DNA of 38,015 bases, taken from positions 64,001 to 102,015 of IMG/VR virus record IMGVR_UViG_3300027741_000036; one strand, given 5' to 3'. A model generated the notes under the pieces. That model was given only the letters and a program-made list of their open reading frames with translations. It did not search any database and was not told where the DNA came from. Position 1 is the first letter of the stretch. The number at the start of each line of letters is the position of its first letter. Made by a program: the position numbers and the translations under genes. This document shows positions 10,631 to 19,493 of the stretch, piece by piece. This DNA comes from a virus. Taxonomy: Duplodnaviria; Heunggongvirae; Uroviricota; Caudoviricetes; Crassvirales.

Positions 10631-13600
10631 ATGAATAATATTTGTTCAGCACCTGCATGCCCTATAATATTAGATAGCACTTGTGTATTTTACTCAGGTG
10701 CTAATCTTGTATACACAGGAGTGAACACTAATGACAATCTTCAACTTGTATTAGAAAAGATTGACAACAAGTTTAGGGATGCTGGACTTGGATATGTGTT
10801 TACAAATGGTGTGATACAAACTGCTCCTGGACAACCAGTAAAACTTGGTGGTGTGTTAGTTAATGATACCGCAATCAACAGTCAAGGGTTTACATTTGGT
10901 CTATCTGGAACAGTTCAAGCTAGTGCATTTATAACAACAGGAGGAACATCTTTCCAGTTTGTTAAAGGTGATGGTTCTTTAGATGATGGAGGTGCACAAC
11001 GTCCAGGTGCATATATTACAGAATTAACAGGAGATGGAACAGCTAGTGGACCAGGAAGTTCTGTGTTTACATTATCTACAGTTTTCAATGCTCCTGCTAC
11101 ATACGGAAGTGCTACAAGAGTTCCTATTATAACAGTGAATGCAAAAGGACTTATTACAGGGGTTACAACAACAGTGATTGCTGTTCCTTCAAGTAGTGTT
11201 GTTATTAATGGAGATGTTTATGGGTATGGAAACACAGGATCTCCAATTAGTTTAACATTAGTAAATGTGCTTTCTACACCTGGAGTTTATGGAAGCGCTA
11301 CAGCTATTCCTATTATAAATGTGAATAGTAAGGGACTTATTACATCAATTAGTCAAATAGATGTATCAGGTGGTGGTGGTTCTACACCTAATCTTCAACA
11401 AGTTACAGATCAAGGATCTAGTACAACTAATTCAATAACATTATCTAATACAGGTGGTCAAATTGTATTAGATAATACAGGAACATATAGTCCTTTTCCA
11501 AATATTAGTATATTTGATATTGTACATAATACATCTGCTTCATTTCAAACTGGCATAATAGCACTTCAAGATGTTGGTAATCCTCTTTTAACTGCTTCTT
11601 ATTATACAAATCAAATTGCTATTGGAAATACTTCTGGCAGTTTTGTGTTAAGCTATCCTAGTCAGAGTGGAACATTTGCATTAATTTCTGATTTATCAGG
11701 TTATGTAACAAATGTAACAGCTACATCCCCATTATTCTCATCAGGAGGAATCACTCCTAATATAACTATTCAACAAGCTAGTGGATCTCAAGATGGTTAT
11801 CTATCTTCTGCAAATTGGACTACATTTAATGGTAAACAAAATCCAATAACACTAACTACTACAGGAGCAGGGGCTGCTACATTCATAGCAAATGTATTAA
11901 ACATACCTACTCCTGGAACTGCAGCATTCACATCACTCACCACTACAGGCTCATCAGGAGCTTCAACTTTAACAGGTGGTGTACTAAATGTTCCTACGTA
12001 CACACTTGCAGGACTTGGTGGTATAACTCTTACATCTCTTAGCTCAACAGCTACAGGACTTACATATACAAACACTACAGGTGTATTTAGTCTTACATCA
12101 GGATACTTAATACCTACAACAGCTAGTTACAATAATACAAATTGGGATTCTGCTTATACAAATCGCATAACAAGTCTTACAACAACAGGAACAAGTGGAG
12201 CTGCCACTCTTATAGCTAACACTCTTAATATTCCACAGTATCAAGCAGCAGGTACTTATGTAACATCTGTTACAGGAACTTCTCCTATATCTTCAACTGG
12301 AGGAACAACACCTGTAATCAGTATTCCTTTAGGAACATCATCAGTTGATGGTTATTTATCTGCTACTGATAGAACAAACTTTCAAACTGCTTATACTAAT
12401 AGAATTACATCTCTTACAACTACTGGTTCAGGAGCAGCAACATTAGTTGCTAATGTTCTAAATATACCAACACCTCCAACAGCTACATTTTCATCCCTCA
12501 CTGTTACAGGGAACAGTGGAGCAAGCACATTATCATCAGGAGTGTTGAATGTTCCTACATATACATTGAGTGGATTGGGTGGTCAACCTCTTGCTACAAA
12601 TCTTACATCTCTATCAGCATTAACATATGCTTCTACAGCTTTTGTAAAGATGACAGCTGCTGGTACATTTGCTCTTGATACAAACACTTATTTAACATCT
12701 GCTGTAACATCTGTAGGAGCAACTAGTCCTATTACATCTAGTGGTGGAAATACACCAACTATTTCTACATCAATGGCTACCAATAAATTGATTGGCAGAA
12801 GTTCTGCAGGAACAGGTGTGATGGAAGAGATAACACTTGGAACAGGACTTTCTTTTTCAGGAACAACACTAAATGCTTCAGGTGCTTCCCCTCTTACAAC
12901 TAAAGGTGACCTTTATACATTTAATTCAACAAATACAAGACTTCCTGTAGGACTTGATACACAAATTCTTATAGCAGATAGTTCTACAACTACAGGATTA
13001 AAATGGGGAACCAACACTGCTGCTACACCAACAGGGTACTACTTAGCAATATCAGATTCTACAACACAAGATAATCCTACTGCTAATACACCAAGAGCAA
13101 TTAAATTTGATACTACTGATTTAGCTAATGGATTTTCATTACAAACACAAACTGCTGTATTTACAGGAACTATAAATAATGGAGGAGCAGGTGCAGGAAC
13201 TGTATTAACTGTTACAGGTGTTACATCTGGAACATTAAAGGTGGGGATGGTATTAACAGGTGGTAGTATAACAGCAGGAACTTTTATATCTGCATTTACA
13301 AGTGGTACAGGAGGAATAGGTACTTATGTAGTATCAGTTTCTCAACTTAGGACATCTGCTACATATACAGGAACAATGACTTCTCAAATTGTTGTTGCTA
13401 ATACAGGTATTTACAACTTACAGTTTTCTTCCCAAATGGATAAGAGTGATGCAGGTGTTGATTATGTACATATTTGGTTAAGGAAAAATGGAACTGATAT
13501 AACTGCAAGTGCAGGTATTATATCACTACAAGGTAATGCTCCTGCATATATGATGGCTGCATGGAATTATTTATTAAGTTTAGTAGCAGGAGATATAATA

Positions 13601-15028
13601 GAACTATATTGGGCAAGTGCTGATATTAATATGTCTATAATATCTGAAACAGCTCAGACAAGTCCATTTGCACATCCTGCTGTACAATCTACTATATTAA
13701 GTATTACACAACAGAGTGGAATCATGGCAGGAACAGGCATCACTGCTATTAATTCTTTAACAGGTGCTGCTCAAACAATAGTTGCAGGAACAAGTGGAAC
13801 TGACTTTGCTGTTAGTTCTACAGGTACTACACATACATTAAATCTCCCTGATGCTTCTGCTACAGCAAGAGGTGTTATTACAACAGGAACACAAACTATT
13901 GCAGGTGCTAAAACATTTTCTACAGCTCCAATATTAAGTTCATTAACAGCATCTCAAATTTTAGCATTAGATGGTAGTGGTAATATTCAATCACTAGCAG
14001 TAGCAACTTATCCCTCACTGACTGAGTTAAGCTATGTTAAAGGTGTTACATCATCTATACAAACACAATTAGGAACAAAGCAAGCAACTATAACAGGTGC
14101 TGCTACAACAATAACATCTTCTGATCTTACAGCATCAAGAGCTGTAATAAGTAACGCAAGTGGTAAGGTGGTTGTAAGTGCTACCACTGATACAGAACTT
14201 GGATATGTTTCAGGTGTTACAAGCGGTATACAATCACAATTAAATGGAAAACAAGCTACATTAACAAATCCTGTAACAGGTACAGGTACAAATAATCAGA
14301 TAGCTTATTTTAACTCAACAGGTAGTACAATAGCAAGTCTTAGTACAGCTACATATCCATCATTAACTGAGTTAAGTTATGTAAAGGGTACTACAAGTGC
14401 TATACAAACACAGATAGATGGTAAAGCTACAATTGCAACAATTAATAATAATAATATATTAGGATATCAAGCATTAGGTTCTACAATTAAAGGTGCAACA
14501 TTAGATTTATCTTTGAATAGAGTAGTAACAGGGGTTTCTTTACCTATTGCTGTTTCAGGAAGATTGTTTTTGATTCCTGTATACATACCTGTAGCAACAA
14601 CTCTAACAGGGATTAAGTTTATGTCTTCAACAGCAGGAGTTTACACTGCAGCAAACTATAATGGATTTGGACTTTATTCTTTTGATACAGCAACAGGCAC
14701 AGGTACACTATTAGCATCAACACCTGATGATGGTACAATATTTAAACAAAATGCTAACGTACTTGTATCTAAAGCATTTTCAAGTGCTGCAAGTATATCT
14801 GCAGGATTTTATTATATAGGGATGGTTTGGTCATTTAGTGGAACACCAGCAATAACACCTGCTATTTTAGGAACAGTATCTATGGCCACATCTATGTCTA
14901 TATATGATTTTACAAATAGTGGAAAGTTGTTTTGTCATATATCATCACAAACATCACTACCTTCATCATGGACACATGCAGCAAATACAACTAATAACCC
15001 TGTTATATATTGGGTGAGTTTATATTAA
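10631..15028 (+). CDS. Tail fibre/spike protein with internal repeats and a C1q/TNF-like domain
   Basis: 1465 aa, very T/S/G/A-rich; three internal repeat families; [19 protein letters not shown] segment typical of phage C1q-like domains. Confidence 0.8.
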   Translation: MNNICSAPACPIILDSTCVFYSGANLVYTGVNTNDNLQLVLEKIDNKFRDAGLGYVFTNGVIQTAPGQPVKLGGVLVNDTAINSQGFTFGLSGTVQASAFITTGGTSFQFVKGDGSLDDGGAQRPGAYITELTGDGTASGPGSSVFTLSTVFNAPATYGSATRVPIITVNAKGLITGVTTTVIAVPSSSVVINGDVYGYGNTGSPISLTLVNVLSTPGVYGSATAIPIINVNSKGLITSISQIDVSGGGGSTPNLQQVTDQGSSTTNSITLSNTGGQIVLDNTGTYSPFPNISIFDIVHNTSASFQTGIIALQDVGNPLLTASYYTNQIAIGNTSGSFVLSYPSQSGTFALISDLSGYVTNVTATSPLFSSGGITPNITIQQASGSQDGYLSSANWTTFNGKQNPITLTTTGAGAATFIANVLNIPTPGTAAFTSLTTTGSSGASTLTGGVLNVPTYTLAGLGGITLTSLSSTATGLTYTNTTGVFSLTSGYLIPTTASYNNTNWDSAYTNRITSLTTTGTSGAATLIANTLNIPQYQAAGTYVTSVTGTSPISSTGGTTPVISIPLGTSSVDGYLSATDRTNFQTAYTNRITSLTTTGSGAATLVANVLNIPTPPTATFSSLTVTGNSGASTLSSGVLNVPTYTLSGLGGQPLATNLTSLSALTYASTAFVKMTAAGTFALDTNTYLTSAVTSVGATSPITSSGGNTPTISTSMATNKLIGRSSAGTGVMEEITLGTGLSFSGTTLNASGASPLTTKGDLYTFNSTNTRLPVGLDTQILIADSSTTTGLKWGTNTAATPTGYYLAISDSTTQDNPTANTPRAIKFDTTDLANGFSLQTQTAVFTGTINNGGAGAGTVLTVTGVTSGTLKVGMVLTGGSITAGTFISAFTSGTGGIGTYVVSVSQLRTSATYTGTMTSQIVVANTGIYNLQFSSQMDKSDAGVDYVHIWLRKNGTDITASAGIISLQGNAPAYMMAAWNYLLSLVAGDIIELYWASADINMSIISETAQTSPFAHPAVQSTILSITQQSGIMAGTGITAINSLTGAAQTIVAGTSGTDFAVSSTGTTHTLNLPDASATARGVITTGTQTIAGAKTFSTAPILSSLTASQILALDGSGNIQSLAVATYPSLTELSYVKGVTSSIQTQLGTKQATITGAATTITSSDLTASRAVISNASGKVVVSATTDTELGYVSGVTSGIQSQLNGKQATLTNPVTGTGTNNQIAYFNSTGSTIASLSTATYPSLTELSYVKGTTSAIQTQIDGKATIATINNNNILGYQALGSTIKGATLDLSLNRVVTGVSLPIAVSGRLFLIPVYIPVATTLTGIKFMSSTAGVYTAANYNGFGLYSFDTATGTGTLLASTPDDGTIFKQNANVLVSKAFSSAASISAGFYYIGMVWSFSGTPAITPAILGTVSMATSMSIYDFTNSGKLFCHISSQTSLPSSWTHAANTTNNPVIYWVSLY
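11093..11347 (+). repeat. Tail fibre repeat pair (P-x-x-YGSAT-x-x-PII-x-VN-x-KGLIT)
   Basis: [22 protein letters not shown] and [22 protein letters not shown]; DNA similarity is retained. Confidence 0.85.
11831..12583 (+). repeat. Tail fibre repeat family (SLTTTG-x-SGA-x-TL-x-x-x-VLN-I/V-P), 5 units
   Basis: Units begin near 11850, 11935, 12170, 12410 and 12495; two end in YTL[AS]GLGG and two are preceded by AYTNRIT. Confidence 0.85.
14003..14430 (+). repeat. Tail fibre repeat family (TEL-x-YV-x-G-x-TS-x-IQ-x-Q-x-x-x-K), 3 units
   Basis: [65 protein letters not shown]. Confidence 0.85.
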
Positions 15029-15040
15029 AAATAAAATAAA

Positions 15041-15346
15041 ATGAATACAAGAGTAATAGAACCTATTACAGTTTTTACAGCTGATGGACAAAAAGAAGTG
15101 AGTTTATTATCGTTAGTTAATTTCTGTGGGTACAACTTTCTTAATAGTTCAGGGGTAGTATCATATATCCTATCAGGACTTATAACTGTTGATGGTGTAG
15201 ATTCTTATGTGGAATATATACACAATACGTTGGAAGTTCCTTCTAGTATTATACAACAATGGGGAGCAGATGATGAAATTATATTTGATTATGTAACAAT
15301 TACATTAGGACTCACTATGATAAATTATACCAGTAAGTTAAAATAA
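15041..15346 (+). CDS. Hypothetical protein, probable tail fibre assembly/chaperone
   Basis: 101 aa acidic ORF immediately after the fibre gene; function inferred from position only. Confidence 0.5.
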   Translation: MNTRVIEPITVFTADGQKEVSLLSLVNFCGYNFLNSSGVVSYILSGLITVDGVDSYVEYIHNTLEVPSSIIQQWGADDEIIFDYVTITLGLTMINYTSKLK

Positions 15347-15347
15347 A

Positions 15348-15379
15348 TTTGGTAATCTCAATACAATCATATATTTTTG
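15348..15379 (+). promoter_or_regulatory. Bacteroidota sigma-A-type promoter upstream of lysis cassette
   Basis: TTTG (15348-51), 20-nt spacer, TATTTTTG (15372-79); exact match to TTTG..TAnnTTTG. Confidence 0.7.
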
Positions 15380-15393
15380 TAAACCTAAACTAC

Positions 15394-15430
15394 ATATTCC
15401 CTCTCTTATGAGCATGGGAATATTTTTTTT
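15394..15430 (+). terminator. Intrinsic terminator/attenuator-like hairpin
   Basis: ATATTCCC (15394-401) / GGGAATAT (15416-23) followed by a T run to 15430; lies 12 nt before the ATG at 15443. Confidence 0.55.
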
Positions 15431-15442
15431 AAACTTTTCCCA

Positions 15443-15760
15443 ATGGAAATAACTGACAATTTTAAAGCTCATCTTGAACAAATGGAAGATAGACTAACTG
15501 ATATGGAGAGTAAAATTGATGTAATTGATACAAAGCTTACACAAGTGGTAGATGCTATCCTTGGCAACCCTCTTACAAAAATTGGAGGACTCATGCAGGA
15601 TATTGAGATTATGAAACAAAAGATTGAGATTTTAGAGAAAAGTCAATTACAATATGAAAACTTCAAGAATAGAGTTTATTGGACTATTGGTATAGTGGTG
15701 GGAGTAGCTTTAATATTACAATATTTTGTAAACGTTTATTATAATCTAAAACGTGTATAA
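15443..15760 (+). CDS. Holin-like membrane protein (N-terminal coiled coil, one C-terminal TM helix)
   Basis: Heptad-like N-terminus, then VYWTIGIVVGVALILQYFV; first gene of the lysis cassette. Confidence 0.55.
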   Translation: MEITDNFKAHLEQMEDRLTDMESKIDVIDTKLTQVVDAILGNPLTKIGGLMQDIEIMKQKIEILEKSQLQYENFKNRVYWTIGIVVGVALILQYFVNVYYNLKRV

Positions 15761-16370
15761 GAAAAATAACATAATATACATTCTTATAATAGCATTGTTG
15801 ATATTGATATTATATGAAACATGCAAACGTCAGAATGCTGGTGTTGGAGGTGTTAAATCAGATACAATTACATATGTACATTATGTATATTACAAAGATA
15901 CAACTAGAACGTTTCCTATACTTATACAGAGAATAAGAGATACACTACTTGAAAGTTCTGTAGAATACTACCCTCAAGAAGGATATTCTGAACTGTTAGA
16001 ACAGTTTCAAACTCTTAAACAAGATCTTCTATCTAGGAATATATATAAAGATTCAATCTATTTAGATAGTCTTGGTTGGGTGAAAATCATAGACACTGTT
16101 CAAAAGAACACACTTAAAGGAAGAGAGTTTGTAAAGAATATAAAGATTCCTGAAAAGACAACATTTGTAACTAATGATGTTGTAGTGAATAAAAGAGAGT
16201 TTTACATTGGTCCAACACTAAGACTTCTATCTCCTACATCTTTTGGTGTAAGTGGAGGAATCTTATACAAAGATCTTAAAAATAGAATGTATGGAGGAAA
16301 TGTTTTCTGGGATGGTGGAAGATTGACATACGGAGTTTCCTATTATACATTGTTAAAAAAGAATAAATAA
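15753..16370 (+). CDS. Spanin-like inner-membrane-anchored periplasmic protein
   Basis: GTG start; N-terminal TM IIYILIIALLILIL; several D-[ST]-x sequons; amphipathic beta-strand C-terminus; sits between holin-like gene and endolysin. Confidence 0.5.
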   Translation: MYKKNNIIYILIIALLILILYETCKRQNAGVGGVKSDTITYVHYVYYKDTTRTFPILIQRIRDTLLESSVEYYPQEGYSELLEQFQTLKQDLLSRNIYKDSIYLDSLGWVKIIDTVQKNTLKGREFVKNIKIPEKTTFVTNDVVVNKREFYIGPTLRLLSPTSFGVSGGILYKDLKNRMYGGNVFWDGGRLTYGVSYYTLLKKNK

Positions 16371-16786
16371 TGGTCACATCAGTACAAGCACTAAAGAAAT
16401 ATGGAGATCCTGAGAAACAATCAGCTATGATTATGTGGGATGTTCCAGGATATTTAGAGATAGGTGTTATTCCTAAGAAGATATATTGTAACAAAGACAT
16501 GATTAAACCTTTGGCTGCAGCTTTCCAAGCTCTTATAACAACAGATCATGTTAAAGAACTTAAGACATGGGATGGTTGTTTTAATATAAGAAAGAAAAGA
16601 GGATTAACATCAATGTCTTTACACTCTTGGGGAATAGCAATAGATGTAAATGCTTTTGAGAATGGTCTTAATATGACACCTAAATTATCTCCAGGATTTG
16701 TAAAATGTTTTACAGACAATGGATTTGAGTGGGGTGGAACATGGCAAAGAAAAGATGGTATGCACTTCCAATTGGCTAAGATATGA
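16370..16786 (+). CDS. Endolysin, zinc peptidase M15 family (L-Ala-D-Glu peptidase-like)
   Basis: CFNIR..SLHSWGIAIDVN..GFEWGGTW..DGMHFQL motif set of Peptidase_M15_4. Confidence 0.9.
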   Translation: MVTSVQALKKYGDPEKQSAMIMWDVPGYLEIGVIPKKIYCNKDMIKPLAAAFQALITTDHVKELKTWDGCFNIRKKRGLTSMSLHSWGIAIDVNAFENGLNMTPKLSPGFVKCFTDNGFEWGGTWQRKDGMHFQLAKI

Positions 16787-16798
16787 TAAACTTATTAT

Positions 16799-17110
16799 AT
16801 GAAAACTATACTATCAATATTACTGTTTCTAATAGTAGGGCTGTGCGTAAATGCACAGGCATATAAAGGATATAGCCCAAATGGTGTTAGTATATATAAT
16901 GGGAATAGAGCTGTAGGAAGCTTATTCACCCCTCTTAATGGTGACACTACATACTTAGTTAGATTGTTTGGAAAAGATCCAATAGATTGGACAGGAACCA
17001 TCACTGACAAGTGTTATACAGAAAGTTATTTTGTATCTATTCTCTGGTGGAACACTACAAAGAATACACTGTCTTGGGAAAAACAGTTAATATACATACG
17101 ATCTAATTAA
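16799..17110 (+). CDS. Secreted hypothetical protein (signal peptidase I)
   Basis: MKTILSILLFLIVGLCVNA|Q: hydrophobic signal with Gln at +1 (Bacteroidota Q-rule); GDTT sequon. Confidence 0.6.
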   Translation: MKTILSILLFLIVGLCVNAQAYKGYSPNGVSIYNGNRAVGSLFTPLNGDTTYLVRLFGKDPIDWTGTITDKCYTESYFVSILWWNTTKNTLSWEKQLIYIRSN

Positions 17111-17137
17111 TTATATTATTGTAATTTTTTCAATTAC

Positions 17138-17168
17138 ATTGTTAATTATAATAAAGTGTTTACTTTTG
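17138..17168 (+). promoter_or_regulatory. Bacteroidota-type promoter for the 17187 operon
   Basis: TACTTTTG at 17161-68 (exact -7 element); ATTG 19 nt upstream (one mismatch to -33); 18 nt before ATG. Confidence 0.55.
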
Positions 17169-17186
17169 TAAAATAAAATTAATAAA

Positions 17187-17315
17187 ATGGGAGTACCAAA
17201 TAGACAAATAGGACAAAGTGTTGAAGTAAATCTTCTTTATCAAATATCTATGCAACTAGATAGATTGATCAAGGTTACAGCAGCATTAACAACAAGCACT
17301 ACGACAACACCATAA
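17187..17315 (+). CDS. 42-aa peptide paralogous to N-terminus of the next gene, with Thr-rich tail (absent from ORF track)
   Basis: MGVPNRQIGQSVEVNLLYQISMQLDRLIKVTAALTTSTTTTP; A-rich leader; TAATG overlap with 17315; 18 of 31 aligned positions identical. Confidence 0.85.
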   Translation: MGVPNRQIGQSVEVNLLYQISMQLDRLIKVTAALTTSTTTTP

Positions 17316-18439
17316 TGGGAATATCAAAACAAATAGGATGGAGCCCTAAGGCTAATTTATACTATCAAATCTCTCAACAATTTGAAAGATTGATTGGTGT
17401 AACATCTAAAGTTGTTTTAGTTCCTCCTGTTATAACCTATTACAATGTGGCTGGTTGTGAAAGAATGGAATATGATGTAATTAAATATAATGGTCCTGAT
17501 GTATTAGTGGCAGGTACTATTGTGAGTAATAATACTCCTGAATGTTGGAGTGTGGTAGATGTAGCAACAGGTCCAGAAAATGTAGGAACTGTTCAAACTG
17601 TATGGAATGCTGATGGTGATTGTGCACCTTGTATAGCTGCTCATTTTTCTAACACAATATATTGGGGAGAAGATTCAGTAACAGCATGTGCTCAAACTAT
17701 TCCAATATATGCTAGAGGTACTGGTACGACATTTTGTAATTCAAACACTTTTTATAGTGAAGATTTTAGAACTATAGGAACTGGTACAATAGTTATATCA
17801 TACGATGGTCAACTTAAAACAGTGAATGTTACATCAGGCAGTGATGTAGCAACATTTAATGGTGGTTGTGATCCTTGTCCTCCACCAACAATTATAATAG
17901 GTACACAAGAGTGGACAGCAAGAAACTTGGATGTTACAACATACAGAAATGGAGATGTGATACCACAGGTACAAGATCCTACTCAATGGGCTAATTTAAC
18001 AACTGGTGCTTGGTGTTGGTATGATAATAGTTATAATAATGGTTTAGACTATGGTAAATTGTATAACTGGTATGCAGTGAATGATGCAAGGGGATTAGCG
18101 CCTACAGGATTTCATATTCCATCGAATGCAGAAATAACTACATTAAAAAACTTTCTAGATCCTGATGCTGGTGGAAAAATGAAAGAAATAGGTATAAGTT
18201 ATTGGGTAGATCCCAATACAGGAGCTACTAACACTAGTCTTTTTACAGGACTTGGGGGTGGGTATCGTGCTAATCCAAATTATAGTGCATTAAAGGTTCT
18301 TTTACTTAATTGGGTGGCAGATGAGGTTGATTTGAATAATGCTTATTGTTTTTATATATTTCATAACAGTGCTGAATTAAATATAGAAGCTATCAATCCT
18401 AAAAATTTTGGACTTTCTATTAGGTGCGTAAAAGATTAA
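17315..18439 (+). CDS. Surface/virion protein: N-terminal shared module, Cys-rich middle, C-terminal Fib_succ_major (FISUMP) domain
   Basis: IGTQEWTARNLDV..YGKLYNWYAV..GLAPTGFHIPS..GLSIRCVKD are hallmark Fib_succ_major motifs. Confidence 0.85.
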   Translation: MGISKQIGWSPKANLYYQISQQFERLIGVTSKVVLVPPVITYYNVAGCERMEYDVIKYNGPDVLVAGTIVSNNTPECWSVVDVATGPENVGTVQTVWNADGDCAPCIAAHFSNTIYWGEDSVTACAQTIPIYARGTGTTFCNSNTFYSEDFRTIGTGTIVISYDGQLKTVNVTSGSDVATFNGGCDPCPPPTIIIGTQEWTARNLDVTTYRNGDVIPQVQDPTQWANLTTGAWCWYDNSYNNGLDYGKLYNWYAVNDARGLAPTGFHIPSNAEITTLKNFLDPDAGGKMKEIGISYWVDPNTGATNTSLFTGLGGGYRANPNYSALKVLLLNWVADEVDLNNAYCFYIFHNSAELNIEAINPKNFGLSIRCVKD

Positions 18440-18455
18440 AACCAAAACTACATAT

Positions 18456-19481
18456 ATGAAGGAACTAAAGTTCATTTGCGCTCAGCCTGATGATAATTAT
18501 TACACATGGCAAGTGCATTTATGGATAGAGAGTCTTAGGAAAATAGGAATGTCAGACAAGGCTATTGTTCTTGTGTTCACTCCTTCCTTTAGAAACAAGA
18601 CTGATAGATGGGAAAAAGTTGTAAACTTATATCCAGAAGCAGAATTTGTTTTCTATAAGGATGAAGAGAATGATGTGAGTGATAAGCTTGGTGTTTACAT
18701 ACCTGTTCTTAGACCTTATTGTCTTCAAAGATATTTTAAAGACAATCCAGATATGAAAAACAAAGCTGTGTTCTATTGTGATTCAGACATTGTTTTTACA
18801 GAGAAGTTTGATGTTTCTAAGTTTATAGATGATGATGTTTGCTATCTATCTGATACAAACAGCTACATAAATGCTTCATATTTTGATAGTAAGATTAAGG
18901 ATGTTCTTCCAAATAAACTGGAAGAATATAAAAAACATGACATCCTTGGTAATGCAACTAGTCTTGTAGGAATAGATAGAACAACATGTGAAAAGAACAA
19001 TCTACATTCAGGAGGTGCACAATATTTCCTTAAGAATATAGATGCTTCTTTTTGGGAAGATGTTAAAAATCATTGTCTTTATTTAAGAGTGTATTTACAA
19101 AATGTAAATAAAGAGTTTTTTAAGGATGAAGATTCTGGATTTCAAAGTTGGTGCGCTGATATGTGGGCTGTTCTTTGGAACCTTTGGAAGAGAGATTTAG
19201 AAACAAAGAATATTCCAGAAATGGAATTTGCTTGGAGCTCAGATCTTATTGAGAAATTAAACAGGTGTACAATCTTACATAATGCAGGAATAGTGGGAGA
19301 CTATGCAAATGGTTATCCAGCTTTCTATAAAGGAAAATATCACACTGGTAAAAATCCTTTTAACGATACTCACTTAGACACTGTTTTAAATAGTGAAGAA
19401 AGTGAAAAGTATTGTACACATCATTATACTACACAGCTTATTCAATTAAAAAATAAATATAATTTAAACTATAACCCCTAA
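18456..19481 (+). CDS. GT-A fold glycosyltransferase resembling HPAT / peptidyl-serine alpha-galactosyltransferase (GT95/GT96-like)
   Basis: YYTWQV..ESLRKIG, YIPVLRPY, FYCDSD (DxD at 109-111), GGAQY, WCADMWA match by eye the motif order of plant/algal peptide O-glycosyltransferases. Confidence 0.65.
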   Translation: MKELKFICAQPDDNYYTWQVHLWIESLRKIGMSDKAIVLVFTPSFRNKTDRWEKVVNLYPEAEFVFYKDEENDVSDKLGVYIPVLRPYCLQRYFKDNPDMKNKAVFYCDSDIVFTEKFDVSKFIDDDVCYLSDTNSYINASYFDSKIKDVLPNKLEEYKKHDILGNATSLVGIDRTTCEKNNLHSGGAQYFLKNIDASFWEDVKNHCLYLRVYLQNVNKEFFKDEDSGFQSWCADMWAVLWNLWKRDLETKNIPEMEFAWSSDLIEKLNRCTILHNAGIVGDYANGYPAFYKGKYHTGKNPFNDTHLDTVLNSEESEKYCTHHYTTQLIQLKNKYNLNYNP

Positions 19482-19493
19482 AAACAATTAGTT

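Noticed and set aside
16799-17110. o-spanin lipoprotein call for the gene after the endolysin
   Set aside because: VGLC is not a canonical lipobox; VNA|Q fits signal peptidase I with the Q-rule better.
17120-17138. TGTAATT/AATTACA inverted repeat
   Set aside because: An almost all-AT 7-bp stem in AT-rich DNA; unlikely to be a stable terminator.
17900-18439. Diversity-generating retroelement
   Set aside because: No reverse transcriptase, template repeat or accessory gene is seen in the window.
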